DNA of 64,000 nucleotides, taken from assembly GCA_964350165.1 (NCBI GenBank), contig CAYGJA010000001.1:174545-238544 (forward strand). The letters run 5' to 3'. The stretch is from an uncultured Candidatus Saccharibacteria bacterium. Lineage in GTDB: Bacteria > Patescibacteriota > Minisyncoccia > Phycocordibacterales > UBA1006. Shown piece after piece: positions 41,271-49,445 of the stretch (positions are counted from its first letter, which is position 1; each line of letters opens with the position of its first letter). The position numbers were made by a program, and so were the translations under genes. The notes beneath the pieces were generated by a model. The model saw only the letters and a program-made list of their open reading frames with translations, had not been told where the DNA came from and searched no databases.

Positions 41271-42368
41271 ATGTCTTTTTATGCACACATCATCAAACCC
41301 TTTCTGTTTCGCCAGGACCCCGAACAAGTACATAATCGGGCAACAATCATTGGAAAACAAATTGGTCGCCATAGTTGGTCCAAAAATCTTTTACGGTACT
41401 TTTTTGCTTACCAAAACCCACGCTTAACCCAAGAAATCGACGGCACAAAATTCGAGAATCCTATCGGTCTTTCGGCTGGTTTTGATAAAAATGGTGAGCT
41501 CATGGAAGTAATCGAAGCGGTTGGCTTTGGTTTTATGCAGGTAGGAACTATCACCGACAAACCATACGCCGGAAACCCAAAACCGCGCCTCACTAGGCTA
41601 CCCAATTCGCAAGCCATCTTGGTTAATTATGGACTCAAAAACGAAGGCGCCAATATAATCACAAAACGTATTCAACAACGACACAACAAAAATTTCCCCA
41701 TCAGTGTATCTATCGGAAAAACAAACAACAAAGAAAACGCTGATACCGATGCTGGCATAGTAGACCAAATCCTTTGCTTGCGAAAAGTCATCGAAAGCCA
41801 GGTTGGTGATTGGTATACCTTGAATATTTCTTGCCCTAACACTTTTGGCGGAGAGCCTTTTACCACCCCTGATCGCTTAGACAAACTACTCACCGCCTGG
41901 TTCGCAGAAAACCCCAAGAAACCTACCTATCTAAAAATGCCCATTAATCTGCCTTGGATTGATTTTCTAGAGCTCGCTCGCGTAGCCGACAAACACAATG
42001 TACGTGGCCTTATTATCGGAAATCTAAATAAAGACAAAAAATCTCTACATCCCAAAGACACACTTCCGGCCAATGCCCCTGGCGGCATCAGCGGAAAACC
42101 AACCACAGAACTAGTAAACACTCTGATCCAAAAAACATATCTTGAGTTTAAAAATCGCTTTGTTTTGGTCGGAGTGGGCGGCGTTTTTAATGCAAACGAT
42201 GCTTACAAGAAAATCCGCCTTGGAGCAACCCTTGTCCAGCTCATTACTGGAATGATTTATCAGGGACCGGCTCTGATAGGCACGATCAATCGAGATCTCG
42301 TCAGACTTCTAGACAAAGATGGCTTTGAGCACATCTCGGAAGCAATTGGGGCTGATAGTAAAAAATAA
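41271..42368 (+). CDS. pyrD: dihydroorotate dehydrogenase (class 2, quinone-type)
   Basis: An N-terminal extension is followed by ENPIGLSAGFDKNGE, GFGFMQVGTIT and NISCPNT. C-terminal GVGGVFNANDAYKKIRLGATLVQ. RBS aaaggag 16 nt upstream of the ATG at 41271. Confidence 0.85.
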   Translation: MSFYAHIIKPFLFRQDPEQVHNRATIIGKQIGRHSWSKNLLRYFFAYQNPRLTQEIDGTKFENPIGLSAGFDKNGELMEVIEAVGFGFMQVGTITDKPYAGNPKPRLTRLPNSQAILVNYGLKNEGANIITKRIQQRHNKNFPISVSIGKTNNKENADTDAGIVDQILCLRKVIESQVGDWYTLNISCPNTFGGEPFTTPDRLDKLLTAWFAENPKKPTYLKMPINLPWIDFLELARVADKHNVRGLIIGNLNKDKKSLHPKDTLPANAPGGISGKPTTELVNTLIQKTYLEFKNRFVLVGVGGVFNANDAYKKIRLGATLVQLITGMIYQGPALIGTINRDLVRLLDKDGFEHISEAIGADSKK

Positions 42369-42419
42369 TAATCCAACAAAAAAACCACTTTTTTTGAAGC
42401 GAAGTGGTTTTTTTGAAAA

Positions 42420-42866
42420 CTATTTCTTTTTCTTGGCTGTTGTTTTTTTCTTTGGTTTGTCTGTTGTCGCCTTGATTGCGGTTTTCTTAACCTTTATTGG
42501 CTTTTCTGTTTTTGTTTTACTCGCATGTTTTACAGTACAGCTATCGCAAGCAGATACCCCGCAAGAATGACAGGCGCTACAATCTCCACAACGCTCACCT
42601 CCGCAACATTTGGTTCGGCCACCACAAGCACCAAAAATATTATAAAACCAAGCAATTACATATCCGCCAAAAAATCCATCAATAAATCCCCAGAGAAAAC
42701 CCAGAGCGGCTCCGGTAATGGTGAGTTCATAACCAGGATAAATTCTAATAAGGTCAAAGACCATGCCATCTTGACCCTGAGCAATAGCAATCAGGGTAAT
42801 CAAAAAGATGCCAAGTCCCCAAGTTGATCCAATGGCAAAACCCAATCGAGTCGGTGATAATCGCAT
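42420..42866 (-). CDS. hypothetical membrane protein with Cys-rich segment and poly-Lys tail
   Basis: Three TM segments, then CGGRTKCCGGERCGDCSACHSCGVSACDSC, then KTKTEKPIKVKK...KKKTTAKKKK. Confidence 0.5.
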   Translation of the reverse strand: MRLSPTRLGFAIGSTWGLGIFLITLIAIAQGQDGMVFDLIRIYPGYELTITGAALGFLWGFIDGFFGGYVIAWFYNIFGACGGRTKCCGGERCGDCSACHSCGVSACDSCTVKHASKTKTEKPIKVKKTAIKATTDKPKKKTTAKKKK

Positions 42867-42910
42867 AATAATTCGTGCTAATTTAGGTGACTAATAAAAT
42901 TAGTATACCT

Positions 42911-44002
42911 CTAGTCAGCATCAAAAGAGATTCCTTGTAGCTTTTGCAGTGGATTAGGGCTCGGAACCGACGGATCACCATAGTCTATTTCTAGTTGACC
43001 AATCTTGGTCGCAACCTTGAGCGCTCTGGCGTGCAGGCGTTGGTTTCTTTTGCCGACACCCATCACTGCATATAGCATCGCTTCCTGTACCCAGTTTTCT
43101 TCTTTGTGAATTGTCTTTTGGATTACATCCAAATGACGCTCGAATTCTTTATCGGGGATATCCTGGGCTACTTTTGCCAAACGTTCTACTAGAATCCATC
43201 CCGTTCGACGAAAGAGAGGGTTATTTTCTCGTACCCAAGTGCGGATTTTTTCGGCACCATATACCGTATAAGGCAAAATCTCAGTGGCAATTTTGTCTGT
43301 AATATCCCAATAGTCAGCTTGACGAAGCCAAGTCTCTACTTGATGCTCTGTTACCTCGAGCGGATTTTCTATCATCGCCGCCAATACTTTGGCGTCATGT
43401 ATTCCTGTTTTCCACAAAGCTTTGGCCAGCACTCTATCACCATGATAAGGCTCGGCTATTTTTTGTAATTTATCTGGCGTGACGCCGTAGAATTTTTTGG
43501 CCGGATGACCCATGCGCGCCCAAATCTCCACCATCTGTGGATCATGAAGGCGTCGCAAATCAAACATTACCCGATCAATGGCCGCCATCGTTTTCTTTTC
43601 TTGCCCCAATTCATTAAGCAACACCTTGATCCTGCGTTCGATGTCTTTCATGCAATGCTCGATTGATACCGAGTCTCGTCTGTCTGGTGTTGCTATTTTC
43701 CACAACACAAAAGCATTTATGTAAGGATTATCTTTACGAAAAATAGAAGTAGGCACATCATCAGCCACCAAAACCACCAGGTCGTGTTTTTCAAGAACAT
43801 AGGTGCTCATGGCGGCCTGACTTGTTTTTAGACTTAGGCGATGCCCCCGAGCAACCTCCATAATCTCGGCTGGAGTCGGATGCCCACGAAAAAGACCAGC
43901 GCTCTGCGCATGCAACTGCTTGAGTTTGTTGTGTTTATTAAAATAGGCTTCAGCTAGTTTGCTGCGGATATTGTTGTATTTGGAGACAAACAGGATGTTC
44001 AT
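42911..44002 (-). CDS. fusion: low-molecular-weight phosphotyrosine phosphatase/ArsC-like domain (active-site Cys to Ser) + DNA alkylation repair (AlkD/AlkC-like HEAT) domain
   Basis: The N-terminus ILFVSKYNNIRSKLAEA aligns to the LMW-PTP P-loop VLFVCxGNICRSPxAEA with C12->S and C17->I. The DNPY general-acid region is retained. The C-terminal 220 aa match the DNA_alkylation family (ALWKTGIHDAKVLAAMI...YWDITDKIATEIL...RTGWILVERL). Confidence 0.7.
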   Translation of the reverse strand: MNILFVSKYNNIRSKLAEAYFNKHNKLKQLHAQSAGLFRGHPTPAEIMEVARGHRLSLKTSQAAMSTYVLEKHDLVVLVADDVPTSIFRKDNPYINAFVLWKIATPDRRDSVSIEHCMKDIERRIKVLLNELGQEKKTMAAIDRVMFDLRRLHDPQMVEIWARMGHPAKKFYGVTPDKLQKIAEPYHGDRVLAKALWKTGIHDAKVLAAMIENPLEVTEHQVETWLRQADYWDITDKIATEILPYTVYGAEKIRTWVRENNPLFRRTGWILVERLAKVAQDIPDKEFERHLDVIQKTIHKEENWVQEAMLYAVMGVGKRNQRLHARALKVATKIGQLEIDYGDPSVPSPNPLQKLQGISFDAD

Positions 44003-44095
44003 GAATTCGGCATTACAGAGACCGCTAGTATACAAAACACACACCCCTTGACGTCAAGACAAGAAGGGTGCTCGCACTCAGTATATACCAGTCGA

Positions 44096-44476
44096 CTACT
44101 TTTCGTCTTCGGGAGAAAAACCAAGACACACCGAATTGATACAGTATCGTTTCCCCGTTTCGGTTGGCCCATCAAGGAACACATGTCCCAAGTGCCCTCC
44201 ACAAGTAGCACAGACAACTTCGGTGCGGTGCATACCGTGGCCATCGTCTTCGACATATTTGACGGCCCCTGGCAGCGCCTCGTCAAAACTAGGCCAACCC
44301 GTACCTGACTCAAATTTTGTATCTGATGCAAAAAGTGCCGCGCCGCAATTCGCACAAGAAAATTTTCCGCTTCTTTTTTCCTTCAGATGTTCCCCAGTAA
44401 AAGGCACCTCTGTCCCCTTTTCGAACAAAACCTTCTTTTGTTCTTTAGTTAGTTTTTGGTTTTTGATGTCCATCAA
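44096..44476 (-). CDS. msrB: peptide methionine sulfoxide reductase MsrB
   Basis: CANCGAALF...GWPSF...CATCGGHLGHVF...RYCINS. These are the two CxxC pairs and catalytic motifs of MsrB (SelR). Confidence 0.92.
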   Translation of the reverse strand: MMDIKNQKLTKEQKKVLFEKGTEVPFTGEHLKEKRSGKFSCANCGAALFASDTKFESGTGWPSFDEALPGAVKYVEDDGHGMHRTEVVCATCGGHLGHVFLDGPTETGKRYCINSVCLGFSPEDEK

Positions 44477-44563
44477 TTAATTATACCAAGGCAAACCAAA
44501 AACTCGACGTACCATCAAGCAAATTCTTTCCGTCCTCAATCAAAATAAGCTACACTGTCAAAA

Positions 44564-45919
44564 GTGAATATAGAAAGACCACAACAGCCAGAGAATCAAA
44601 ACGGCAAAACACTAGGTCGGCGTGTTTTTTTGAAAAAAATAACCGAAGCAGTCGTTAGCCTGGGTGTATCCAGCATGAGCCTGGGTGTATCCAGTCCGAG
44701 CCCTGGTGCCATCACAGAAACTATCGAAAAACAGACTTCACCAACACCCCTCGAACGCTTTGAAGAGTGTGGTCCGTTGGAGGTTTGGTCCAAAAACCCT
44801 CTTATGCCGAGTAATCAAAATGACAATCTTTCGGAATTAACTGCCGGGAAAATAACAGAAACTTCAATGGATCAATATCTGAAACTCGTTACAAAAGCAG
44901 ATAAGGAACCTCTGAATGACTCCGAACAATACATCGTAGAACGCATTGCTCGCTGGCTACACACCAAAGGCAACACAGCCCGAGCAGAAGCCGAAAGAAA
45001 TCTTCTTTCTAATTTTCCCGAATACCAAAGTGACCCCGAGCTTGCGTGGAGATTACTCGAAGTGTGCTTCACTAGAAAAATACGTCGAGAATTACTAAAA
45101 ACAGCAGACAAGTTTTTGGCTGAAGGAAAATTATCTTATCTTGGCCTAGAACCACTCTCCCCCCAAGAAACAAACTGGTGCACCCAAGAACAGGTTCATC
45201 ACGTCACACTTGCCAGTGCAAAAGTTGCAAACAAAATAGCCAAAAACTGCTTGGAAACAGCTCCCGATATCTGGCTAGATGGACTGGAAAAAGAAGAACG
45301 TAACAACTATCTCTACTCTGAAGACAAATCTCCTGTTTCTTGGCCGCAGCCCGAAATACTCGCAAAACTAGAACAACAAGAAACCTCTTCTGGTGCCTAT
45401 CTAGGCGATGTCCCTTATTTTGTTTCCACCAACACAAAAAAGGGATTTTTTCCCACGTCAAAGCCAGATATTATCAAAATCGCAAAACTTTTAGAAAAAA
45501 GCACCAACCTACCCTACACAACAGAACTCTCCAACGGTCGGCTAGCTATTGAATATATTCCCTCTTCCATACGTGGAAATACCAAATTCAATACCAGTGG
45601 CGGTGCCATAATGGGTCAATTTATGCCTATTCATCTTCTACATCTTTTGGAAAAATATGAAGCCACCAGATTAGGTCATGAAGAAGAACTTCCCATTCTT
45701 CACCCCAATACCCCGCTTGGATCCATGGCGCTAAAGGCCTTGTATTTGTATGGATGCTGGAATTGGCGCCAAGGCAAAGAAGATGGAGGCTATTGGATAG
45801 AAAGCCGCTACCCAAAAGGTGGCGGCCTGCAAAACCCAGGAAAAGCCCTACGAACCTGGAATCCTAGCACAACAGAAATCAAGACAATCCTTGGCAGCCT
45901 ACCAGATCACAACGAATAG
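44564..45919 (+). CDS. hypothetical exported protein (Tat-like RR signal), 451 aa
   Basis: N-terminus GRRVFLKKITEAVVSLGVSS is a twin-arginine-like signal. The rest has no recognizable motif. Confidence 0.5.
   Translation: MNIERPQQPENQNGKTLGRRVFLKKITEAVVSLGVSSMSLGVSSPSPGAITETIEKQTSPTPLERFEECGPLEVWSKNPLMPSNQNDNLSELTAGKITETSMDQYLKLVTKADKEPLNDSEQYIVERIARWLHTKGNTARAEAERNLLSNFPEYQSDPELAWRLLEVCFTRKIRRELLKTADKFLAEGKLSYLGLEPLSPQETNWCTQEQVHHVTLASAKVANKIAKNCLETAPDIWLDGLEKEERNNYLYSEDKSPVSWPQPEILAKLEQQETSSGAYLGDVPYFVSTNTKKGFFPTSKPDIIKIAKLLEKSTNLPYTTELSNGRLAIEYIPSSIRGNTKFNTSGGAIMGQFMPIHLLHLLEKYEATRLGHEEELPILHPNTPLGSMALKALYLYGCWNWRQGKEDGGYWIESRYPKGGGLQNPGKALRTWNPSTTEIKTILGSLPDHNE
44657..44698 (+). repeat. 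tandem 21-bp repeat (2 copies + partial third) inside the Tat-signal region
   Basis: agcctgggtgtatccag(catg)/agcctgggtgtatccag(tccg)agccctgg. Encodes SLGVSSM-SLGVSSP-SPG. Confidence 0.7.
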
Positions 45920-45955
45920 GCTAGAGAGCCACAAAATATCTCCAGTGACCAAAAA

Positions 45956-46186
45956 TTATTTTTTCTTAAGAAAACTCCAAAACTTTGGATGATCCACAAT
46001 CAGCTCGCTAATAATCGCAAAAGGTATTGATACGAGAAACACAATTCCAACCACTTCCCAAGTAATTTTGGCATCAGTGGCAAAAGCAATAGCCAGCAAA
46101 TCTTCGGCAAGGCCAAAGACTACTCCAACCAACAAAAATTCTAAAAAGGTAATCCAGCGCTTGTGCTTTTTTTCTTGTTTAGACAC
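45956..46186 (-). CDS. hypothetical small membrane protein
   Basis: 76 aa, two TM segments, K-rich ends. Confidence 0.4.
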   Translation of the reverse strand: MSKQEKKHKRWITFLEFLLVGVVFGLAEDLLAIAFATDAKITWEVVGIVFLVSIPFAIISELIVDHPKFWSFLKKK

Positions 46187-46347
46187 TTCTTTTATTATAA
46201 CTTTTTTAATTACAAATCAAAAAACCAAGTCACCGCTGGTAATCGACATTACCTGATCGGCCTCGATTCCCCACACCCCGGACGATAAGTTCCAAAAGGA
46301 GTTTTGCCAATCAATCCCCCGTATTAGGGTCCCGACAATCAGCAATA

Positions 46348-46390
46348 ATTAAAATACCCCCGACCAATCTTGCTGATTGGCCGGGGTTTT
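46348..46390 (+). terminator. strong rho-independent terminator (also readable on minus strand)
   Basis: CCCCGACCAATC-ttgct-GATTGGCCGGGG followed by TTTTTT. No annotated plus-strand gene ends upstream of it. Confidence 0.7.
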
Positions 46391-46735
46391 TTATTTGTGG
46401 AAAGAGGAAAAGTAGACCACCACGGTCTCCTTTGTCGACGGGTCTGTCCCCTCCCCGTACAAGAGAAAGGGCGCAAATATTATCGCACTTCCTCCAGGTT
46501 CCACCCGGAGGAACCTTTCTCTGTTGCTATCCCCCTCGTCAAACCAGATGGGGGAGGTGCTCTTTTTGTTTTGTACAAGGTACGTATCCGTACCTTGTAT
46601 CCGTGTGACCGAGCAAGTCACGTATATCTCGTAGTGCGGATACGAGAAAACAAGCTTTTTTTCCTCCGCAGGAGTCTGCGCCATCACACCGGCACTTGCC
46701 GTCAACCATAGCGCAAAAAATACAAAAATTTTCAT
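46391..46735 (-). CDS. hypothetical small secreted protein
   Basis: Signal peptide MKIFVFFALWLTASAGVMAQTP. The coding sequence is unusually palindrome-rich. Confidence 0.45.
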   Translation of the reverse strand: MKIFVFFALWLTASAGVMAQTPAEEKKLVFSYPHYEIYVTCSVTRIQGTDTYLVQNKKSTSPIWFDEGDSNRERFLRVEPGGSAIIFAPFLLYGEGTDPSTKETVVVYFSSFHK

Positions 46736-47255
46736 AAAAACAACCGGGTTAGTATCCGGCCTCCTTCTTATATTATGCTATTTATTAAAACTTTTGTCAA
46801 ACAGATAGATTCAAGAACTGGCCTTAGATATCCTCGCTGGTTATTGCCGTTTCGGACACTTGTTCGTCGACAAAGAGAGCGACGGTGATAGGATTCGGCG
46901 GAGAGTAAGGGATTCGGTCAGGAGTCGTTATTTTCAAAAATCACTACGTGATTAAGAAAATATACGCTCACGACCCTAGCTTGCTCCCCAATGGTCGGCC
47001 TGCTGTCCTCGCATTGGGGCCCCGCTCCGCTTTTCGAATCCCTTATCTACTACAAACGAAAAGCTCCAACGCTACGCATTGGGACCTAACGTTTGTGGCG
47101 GGCTACCTCGGGCTGGAACCGTGGACAGTCAAGCCCAGTAAGGTTATTTTTTACTATTTCAGAATAACAAATCGAGGCGTCTCGAGCACACTATTTCGTG
47201 ACAAAAGTGACAGATTTAGGAATTAAAAGTTACACTATCCCGTAACATTATCGTT
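46736..47255. other. 520-bp structured intergenic region; candidate ncRNA and/or integration (att) site at the core/island junction; identity unresolved
   Basis: No plausible ORF. Several strong hairpins (ccccaatg...cattgggg at 46986-47019; GGGGCCCC). Plus strand has a GGATTCGGCGG motif repeated twice. Minus strand has GACUGUCCACGG resembling the RNase P RNA P2/P4 3' region. Neither a full tmRNA nor an RNase P fold could be built by eye. Confidence 0.3.
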
Positions 47256-47891
47256 TTAAAAACGACCTTCTAAACCCTTATCCGAGACCCGAGTAACTTC
47301 TATTGAACCGTGACGACCTCTGTCACGTGGATTACTATAGTAGTTACCCTTAAGAGTATTTCCCCCATCAAAAATACCAAGTACACATGTGCCATTATGA
47401 TCTCTCATGTCTTGATCATGATTCACAGTCGCTGTCCTATTTTGATATAAGTAGAAAATACTCCAATTTTTGTGTTCATTTACACCGACATCAGCAACAA
47501 TACTGTAGGATGAAGAATTTTTCGTATAAAGTGCCACGAATACATTTGTGAGAGTTTGCTTTATTTCAACCACAATCTCATATGTTTGAGATTCATTGTA
47601 ACTACTTACCAATAATCCCTCATACCGACCGTTAATATTTGGTATTTGAAATAGCCTAGAAAATAGAGGGTATTTCCATAGCCATCTATCGGTGAGCACA
47701 AAGAATGCAAACATAACAACCACTGTCGCTGGGGGTTCAATCAAGCCCATTCGTAACATGTCATCAACGGGAGGCATCAAAGTAATATTGTCTAAAATTC
47801 CTGATATAACCCTTGCTATCCAAAAAGAAGGTATCAAAGATCCTAGAAAGAACGTTATATAGAATTTGTATGTGAGTCGAAACGCTTTCAT
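47256..47891 (-). CDS. CBASS-type effector candidate: two N-terminal TM helices + about 130-aa soluble C-terminal domain (Cap15/2TM-beta or SLATT-like)
   Basis: TM1 FYITFFLGSLIPSFWIARVISGIL and TM2 PATVVVMFAFFVLTDRWLW, then a beta-rich C-terminal domain. It starts 5 bp after the nucleotidyltransferase gene on the same strand. Confidence 0.55.
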   Translation of the reverse strand: MKAFRLTYKFYITFFLGSLIPSFWIARVISGILDNITLMPPVDDMLRMGLIEPPATVVVMFAFFVLTDRWLWKYPLFSRLFQIPNINGRYEGLLVSSYNESQTYEIVVEIKQTLTNVFVALYTKNSSSYSIVADVGVNEHKNWSIFYLYQNRTATVNHDQDMRDHNGTCVLGIFDGGNTLKGNYYSNPRDRGRHGSIEVTRVSDKGLEGRF

Positions 47892-47895
47892 GCCA

Positions 47896-48777
47896 TTACA
47901 TGCCTAGAGCCAGACGCCATTTTTGCTCAGCCCCTGAAACAGTAGATGCATCATAAGCATCTAACGCATGATTCGAAGACTCGCGTAGCTGGTTGAAAAA
48001 GTTCTGCTGATTTATTATGCTCCATCCTTCAGTTATGTTTTCTACCCCGCAAACACTCGGAATGTCTCTGAATTGGCCTAGTTGTCGGTCCCATTTATCT
48101 AGTATGGCATTGCTCACCAAACAGAAAGTTCCAGCGTAATCATTGTAAAACTTGTCTGATGGCATTGCATAAACGAAGGCTTCCATTTTGAAAGACGAAA
48201 TGGTGTCAGAATCATGAAAGTGGTTTTTTACCCAATTTTTAAACATTCGGACTGTTGGCTTATAAGTGTCTTGTGTTGCTTGTTGTTTTACAACTCCGTT
48301 ATTGTAGTGAGTGCGAGGCATGTTCATTTTCTCAGTTCCTGTCCGCATTGAATAAACAGCAACAGGATCCGTCTTCGGATCATCTGAAATCTGCACCGCT
48401 GGTACTACATCTGCATTGAATGCTCCAGTAATTTTTATACATTTATCGCCACGTTCAATTGACCATTGGTAACGACGCTGGTTCCTAAGTTTCTGTTCGA
48501 TCTCTGAAAAAATACTGTCCCAAGAAATTGAGCCCGAGAAGCGACGTGGCGAATGTACTGAACTGTAAGTCGCTTTGCGGACTGCCACGACATCCACGTC
48601 GTTGATGTCAGAGATCGCCGTACTATTTTTATATGATCCTTGTAGGAAGGTATGATGAGTATCACCAAGCAATTCTTGAATATAGTTTTGAAGTGTGGCC
48701 ACTTGCGTTATTTTCGATGGCGACGGACTAGATGTCAGTGTGTCGATGAGGTGAGTTGGTATGTTGTGGCGTGCCAT
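47896..48777 (-). CDS. cGAS/DncV-like nucleotidyltransferase (CD-NTase, SMODS domain)
   Basis: Pol-beta NTase signature GSYKNSTAISDINDVDVVAV (GS...D.D) plus the downstream third acidic motif FNADVVPAV. 293 aa, typical of minimal SMODS CD-NTases. Confidence 0.7.
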   Translation of the reverse strand: MARHNIPTHLIDTLTSSPSPSKITQVATLQNYIQELLGDTHHTFLQGSYKNSTAISDINDVDVVAVRKATYSSVHSPRRFSGSISWDSIFSEIEQKLRNQRRYQWSIERGDKCIKITGAFNADVVPAVQISDDPKTDPVAVYSMRTGTEKMNMPRTHYNNGVVKQQATQDTYKPTVRMFKNWVKNHFHDSDTISSFKMEAFVYAMPSDKFYNDYAGTFCLVSNAILDKWDRQLGQFRDIPSVCGVENITEGWSIINQQNFFNQLRESSNHALDAYDASTVSGAEQKWRLALGM

Positions 48778-48788
48778 AATTTTTTGAA

Positions 48789-49445
48789 TTACTTCTTAAT
48801 CACATCAATTACTTTCCCGCTCACCTCAAAGTCATCTCCATATGCGATGAAAATTGGATGGTACTTTTCAGTTGAGTCTGCTTCTAAAACAAAGCGGTTA
48901 TGTACCACATCATTTCTAAAACGCTTGATCGTAGCAAGCCCATCAATTACAGCCACTACGATGTCTCTGTTCTTCGGTGTTTTATCTGCACTATCAACCA
49001 CAAGATAATCTCCATCCTCAATAGTAACTCCAGGCTTATTTGTAGGATCAACTTCGGCCTTATTCATAGACGGTCCATCTGCAACCAATACAAACAAATC
49101 TTTTTTACGATGAGGCAAGAGGCTGGTCGATACTTTGAGAAAACCCTCAACTCGCTCATCTGCAAATACAGTAGCGGGACCGCAATTAGCAGTACCGACA
49201 ATCGGTAGAGAAAACAATAGACGCGCTTTAGAGCTTACCGAATTGAAGCCTCGTTTGATTGGTTTGATAACATTATCCTCTAAATTCACTTGGAGAAGCC
49301 CTTTTTTATCTAGCTGAAGAAGATGATGCTTCACAATTTGAGGTTTGTTTTGTACCCCTACAAGTTTGGCCAAACTACGCAAACTCATTTGTCCCAGGTC
49401 ATGTTGACTTGCTAAATTTAATAGTTTTTCTTGTATTTGATGCAT
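48789..49445 (-). CDS. lexA: LexA/CI-like S24 autopeptidase repressor
   Basis: N-terminal LexA-type winged HTH (IQEKLLNLASQHDLGQMSLRSLAKLVGVQNKPQIVKHHLLQLDKKGLL). Ala-Gly-type cleavage region. C-terminal S24 domain with the Ser in ADGPSMN and the Lys in ATIKRF. Confidence 0.8.
   Translation of the reverse strand: MHQIQEKLLNLASQHDLGQMSLRSLAKLVGVQNKPQIVKHHLLQLDKKGLLQVNLEDNVIKPIKRGFNSVSSKARLLFSLPIVGTANCGPATVFADERVEGFLKVSTSLLPHRKKDLFVLVADGPSMNKAEVDPTNKPGVTIEDGDYLVVDSADKTPKNRDIVVAVIDGLATIKRFRNDVVHNRFVLEADSTEKYHPIFIAYGDDFEVSGKVIDVIKK

Noticed and set aside
47100-47135. RNase P RNA call on the minus strand, based on the GACUGUCCACG 11-mer and a P4-like CCCGAGG
   Set aside because: A full RNase P would need ~300 nt upstream on the minus strand, which is occupied by a convincing protein-coding gene (47256..47891). 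The apparent P4 partner strand is just the reverse complement of the same locus.
46900-47140. Plus-strand tmRNA call: GGAUUCGGCGG 5' motif, plus a reading frame ...NEKLQRYAL... resembling an ANDENYALAA tag
   Set aside because: No matching 3' acceptor strand or CCA-proximal T-arm was found. The tag-like frame does not terminate after YAL. The tmRNA is left unresolved rather than called.
48789-49445. Interpreting the LexA-like gene as the host's chromosomal lexA
   Set aside because: It lies inside the AT-rich mobile block and is co-transcribed with the nucleotidyltransferase. It is more parsimoniously an element-encoded CI/LexA-type repressor. No SOS-box consensus (CTGT-N8-ACAG or Cheo box) is recognisable, so the symbol lexA denotes fold family only.
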